A stretch of DNA of 64,000 nt. Source: Candidatus Cloacimonadales bacterium (GTDB lineage: Bacteria; Cloacimonadota; Cloacimonadia; Cloacimonadales; JAIOQZ01). A program made the translations under genes and the position numbers. Under the pieces are notes generated by a model. That model saw nothing but the letters and a program-made list of their open reading frames with translations. It did no database searches and was not told where the DNA came from. Each line of letters opens with the position of its first letter. Positions within the stretch are counted from its first letter, which is position 1. Below are positions 60,694 through 64,000 of the stretch, piece by piece. The DNA lies in NCBI GenBank assembly GCA_963665815.1, contig OY762463.1, positions 2,656,001-2,720,000 of the forward strand. Reading direction: 5' to 3'.

Positions 60694-61368
60694 ATGCTGA
60701 GACTCTTTATCAGAAAGGACATATCCCTTGCAATAATATTCTTGGTGAGCGTTTCAATCGGGTGTAGTGCTAACGACCAGACAAATTGCTACAGCCGACC
60801 TAATCCGTTCAGTCCTCAAACATCTATTAATTTTTCTGTTGAATCCCCTGAAAATTTACCTGTTCCTGTTAAAATAGTAATCTATAATCCGGAAGGAAAA
60901 CCTGTCAGAGTACTGATTGATGAAAAGAAATTACCGGGAAAATACTCAATTAACTGGGATGGCAAAGATGATAATGTGGAATTGCTTGATGCGGGAGTAT
61001 ACCTTTTCAAGTTGGATATAGACGAAAAAACAATCAGAAAAGGCAAGATGATACACCAGATCTGGGATAAAAAAGAGAGCGATCGACAAGTTAGGGAAAA
61101 TTCATATCCAGTATCTTCATCCAAAACTGCTAATTTTGTGATAAATCAACAGAATGAAAATCCCGTAGATATTGTAATTGAGATTTATGACACTGAGGGT
61201 GAACTGATTCATACAATTGAACGTAAAGAGCTGGCATCAGGGAGTTATACAATAAACTGGGATGGACTGACAGATGATAACCATAAAGTGGAGCAAGGGT
61301 ATTATTTCTGGAAGTTGATAATCGATGGAAGGATTGTGAAGAAGTCCAAATTCTATCTGGAATATTGA
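60694..61368 (+). CDS. Lipoprotein with two tandem FlgD-Ig/T9SS-like CTDs
   Basis: Lipobox SIGC; PNPFSP...WDGK...GVYLF and IYDTEGE...WDG...GYYFW. Confidence 0.8.
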   Translation: MLRLFIRKDISLAIIFLVSVSIGCSANDQTNCYSRPNPFSPQTSINFSVESPENLPVPVKIVIYNPEGKPVRVLIDEKKLPGKYSINWDGKDDNVELLDAGVYLFKLDIDEKTIRKGKMIHQIWDKKESDRQVRENSYPVSSSKTANFVINQQNENPVDIVIEIYDTEGELIHTIERKELASGSYTINWDGLTDDNHKVEQGYYFWKLIIDGRIVKKSKFYLEY

Positions 61369-61479
61369 CAGACTGCACTATTACTTTTTCTCTTCAGATT
61401 AGAAGAATTACAAAGTTGAGTCAACAGCCTTAAATATGCGAAGGACTTTTCTTTTTTTTCTGAAATGGAAAATAATCTA

Positions 61480-61881
61480 TTAATCTTTAATCTGTATTGC
61501 GAATTCGGTAAAATCTTTTTTTATCAAATCTCTAATTTTTCTGAAGAATTCAATATCTCTTCCATCAGGATCTTCGTAGCCCATGTGAACTCTGTGTTTT
61601 ACTGATCCGGTGAATACAGGGCAAGTATCTTTTGCATCTCCACATACTGTAATAACATAGTCGAAATTCTCATTCTTATAATCAGAGACATGCTTCGGGG
61701 AGTTAGTTGAGATATCTATTCCGTTTTCCATCATGACCTTTATAGCTCCGGGATTTACTCGTTCTGAGGGTTTAGTCCCGGCTGAGTAAGCTTCTATCCA
61801 TTCGTATTGATTGAGAAAGCCTTCTGCCATCTGACTTCGGCAGGAGTTCCCCGTGCATAACACTAAAATTCTTTTCAGCAT
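61480..61881 (-). CDS. arsC: Thioredoxin-coupled arsenate reductase (LMW-PTP fold)
   Basis: CTGNSCRSQMAE, TVCG...CP and DP motifs. Confidence 0.88.
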   Translation of the reverse strand: MLKRILVLCTGNSCRSQMAEGFLNQYEWIEAYSAGTKPSERVNPGAIKVMMENGIDISTNSPKHVSDYKNENFDYVITVCGDAKDTCPVFTGSVKHRVHMGYEDPDGRDIEFFRKIRDLIKKDFTEFAIQIKD

Positions 61882-62049
61882 GAAATCCTCAATTCAGTTT
61901 TTTTTCAAACAAATTTTTTAAAGTAATAGTGTTAAGTTTTTTTTGAGAATTCAGAATTTATAAAAAAGATAACCAATTTTATGTTTTTGCATTGACTAAT
62001 TTCAATTTTTAATTCTAATTTTGCATATCTGATAAAGATATTTAAGGAG

Positions 62050-62487
62050 ATGCTTATGACAGTTATTAACCCATACTTAACATTTAATGGAAACTGTGAA
62101 GAAGCATTTGACTACTACAGGAAAATTTTTGGTGGAGAATTTACTTATATCGGAAGATTTTCTGACATGCCTGAGAAACAGCAGATTAATCTGTCCGATG
62201 AAGAGAAAAAACACATCATGCATGTTTCTTTGCCAATCAGTAAAGAGACAATACTGATGGGTTCAGACGCAATGCCCGGATACAACGAAAAGTGCGTACC
62301 GGGTACAGCTGTTTCGTTATCGATTACAGTGAGAACTAAAAAAGAAGCTGACAGAATTTACAATCTTCTTGGCGAAGGTGGGGAAAAGGTGGTTCCGATG
62401 GGAAAAACATTCTGGGGAGCATACTACGGTCTGGTTGAAGATAAGTTCGGTTTTAATTGGATGATTTCCAGCTTTAAGAGTGATTAG
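62050..62487 (+). CDS. PhnB/VOC family protein
   Basis: PYLTFNGNCEEA, IMH, MGSD and TFWG.YYG.VEDKFG.NW motifs. Confidence 0.9.
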   Translation: MLMTVINPYLTFNGNCEEAFDYYRKIFGGEFTYIGRFSDMPEKQQINLSDEEKKHIMHVSLPISKETILMGSDAMPGYNEKCVPGTAVSLSITVRTKKEADRIYNLLGEGGEKVVPMGKTFWGAYYGLVEDKFGFNWMISSFKSD

Positions 62488-62598
62488 ATGTTTTAAATGA
62501 TCTTCTGAATTATATAGATTTCCTTTGATTAATATATTGACACATACTGCAAACTCCTGTTTTATTTACTATGCATTAACGACTTACCGGAGGTTAAA

Positions 62599-63378
62599 GT
62601 GAAGCGTTTTTTATTAATCTTTATAGTATTACTGTGTCTTGTTGCAATGCAGAGATCTATCTACAAGATCAATCCTTATACGTGTGACGGGTGCGGCAGG
62701 TGTGTATTTGAGTGTGATAATAATGCAATAATTGCAGACTCCCTTGGATTTTACATTGATGAATCTCTTTGCGATGATTGTGGGGACTGCATTTCCACAT
62801 GTATTTCCAATGCAATCTTTGTCAGGGATGGTCGTGTAAGAATTAGCGGAACCATATTTTCATCATCAACAAGTTTTTACATATCCGGAGCAGTCATTAC
62901 TATTGATTCGGTAACAGTAAACACTGACAGATTTGGAAACTATTACCACGAGCTGAACCCCGGGATTTATAATATAACTTTCAGTGCTGTTGGTTATCAG
63001 GATTCTGTTATTACTTCACAGCCTTTCGAAGGTGATGGGTGTTATCAATATAACATTACTCTGAATGATGAGAACACAAAAGTAAACAATGTCAGCAAAT
63101 ATACAGAAACAGAAATCAGAGTCTCACCCAATCCTTTCAATCCTGAAACAAATATTGAATATTCCATAGAAACAAACTCACATGTAATAATATGTGTTTA
63201 TAATATGAAGGGTCAGAAAATTGTTACATTGCTGAATAAGCAGGTTCAAGCAGGTAAACATAATATTGTGTGGAATGGGAGAAATCAGAATGGAAAGTCT
63301 TTATCTTCCGGAACATATATGATAAGTATGTCTGTTGGAAATCAAGTAAAAACAGTAAAGGCAGTGTTGTTGAAATAA
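62599..63378 (+). CDS. Secreted 2[4Fe-4S] ferredoxin-domain + carboxypeptidase-regulatory-like + FlgD-Ig/T9SS-like CTD protein
   Basis: Signal peptide; CDGCGRCVFEC and CDDCGDCISTC; ISGAVI...GIYNITFSAVGY; PNPFNPET...KAVLLK. Confidence 0.82.
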   Translation: MKRFLLIFIVLLCLVAMQRSIYKINPYTCDGCGRCVFECDNNAIIADSLGFYIDESLCDDCGDCISTCISNAIFVRDGRVRISGTIFSSSTSFYISGAVITIDSVTVNTDRFGNYYHELNPGIYNITFSAVGYQDSVITSQPFEGDGCYQYNITLNDENTKVNNVSKYTETEIRVSPNPFNPETNIEYSIETNSHVIICVYNMKGQKIVTLLNKQVQAGKHNIVWNGRNQNGKSLSSGTYMISMSVGNQVKTVKAVLLK

Positions 63379-63443
63379 CAATTCCAGTAATGACATTGAA
63401 AAAAAATGATATTTAATTTGACAATAAAATATCGATTAAACAT

Positions 63444-63518
63444 AAAAAAGAACCTCCGGAATTCGGAGGTTCATGTCTAACTAACCTTTGTTGATCCCGT
63501 TTTCGGGATCTTTTTTTT
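63444..63518. terminator. Pair of terminator hairpins between convergent genes
   Basis: A6-GAACCTCCG/CGGAGGTTC and GATCCCG/CGGGATC-T8. Confidence 0.75.
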
Positions 63519-63999
63519 AGTTTCGGGCTTTTTGCATTCTTCCTCTTCTTCCAGCAGCAGGTCGGTTAGCGTGAAGTTTTTTAGCTGCTTCTCTCTGTTC
63601 AGGTGTCAAGATTTTGTAAATATCTTCATGAAGGGATATTCTTTTTTTGGCAATTTCAGCCTTTTTGTCGAAAATATTTCCGGTTAAAGACTTTGCTTTT
63701 GAGAAGTCTGCATCTTTCATTGCTTCATGCTTTTCAAGTTCCATTTTCTTTAAATCAGCTCTGAGATCAATCATTTCTTTTTTGTGTTTAATATTAAGAT
63801 CATCAATTTTATTTTGTTGATCTTCTGAAAGGTTGAGTTCTTTAAGGGCAAATCCAAATCCTTCACCATGTCTTTCTCCCATTCCTCTCTGGAAGTTATG
63901 ATGGCCATGTCCTCTTTCCATTTCTGCACAGCCACTTCCAACTTCAACTCCACCTATTGCCATTGCAGTAGTTGCTATAAGCATTATCGCGATAATCAT
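63517..63999 (-). CDS. Spy/CpxP family periplasmic chaperone (5' end probably just beyond the window)
   Basis: Signal peptide, LNLSEDQ and ILTPEQR (LTxxQ) motifs. Confidence 0.88.
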   Translation of the reverse strand: MIIAIMLIATTAMAIGGVEVGSGCAEMERGHGHHNFQRGMGERHGEGFGFALKELNLSEDQQNKIDDLNIKHKKEMIDLRADLKKMELEKHEAMKDADFSKAKSLTGNIFDKKAEIAKKRISLHEDIYKILTPEQREAAKKLHANRPAAGRRGRMQKARN

Positions 64000-64000
64000 T

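Noticed and set aside
62050-62487. PhnB-like gene as part of phosphonate metabolism
   Set aside because: PhnB/VOC proteins are widespread and not required for phosphonate pathways, and this one is 9 kb from the pepM operon.

Overview
This is a 64 kb AT-rich bacterial chromosomal window. The many secreted proteins ending in a FlgD-Ig/T9SS-like C-terminal domain (NYPNPFNPET...KMILLK) and a gingipain-like C25 protease suggest Ca. Cloacimonadota or a related FCB lineage; this is inference from protein style only. Core genes (meaB, holB, gltX, groEL with a CIRCE box, a small 2[4Fe-4S] ferredoxin missed by the ORF track) are interleaved with accessory islets. Defence islets are Mrr plus an uncharacterised partner, McrBC, AbiEi/AbiEii plus an orphan RES gene, and RhuM. 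Other accessory content includes sensory and regulatory genes, lipoproteins, pseudogenes and a MITE-like structured repeat family. The most striking locus is a five-gene operon at 45311-52722. It encodes 2-hydroxyethylphosphonate biosynthesis (cytidylyltransferase-PEP mutase, Ppd, Fe-ADH), a membrane-anchored TagF-like transferase carrying a YLDPGTG motif, and a YidC/Oxa1-multi-TM-alkaline-phosphatase-superfamily fusion. Together these form a candidate trans-envelope phosphonate-decoration machine. Other candidates are a secreted ferredoxin with a sorting CTD, CTD-only lipoproteins, a dikinase with glucan-water-dikinase-like domain order, and a structured RNA next to the RES toxin. Several accessory inserts are bracketed by duplicated promoter or terminator sequence. 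No rRNA, tRNA, CRISPR array or intact transposase was seen. All product calls come from motif recognition by eye, not database searches.
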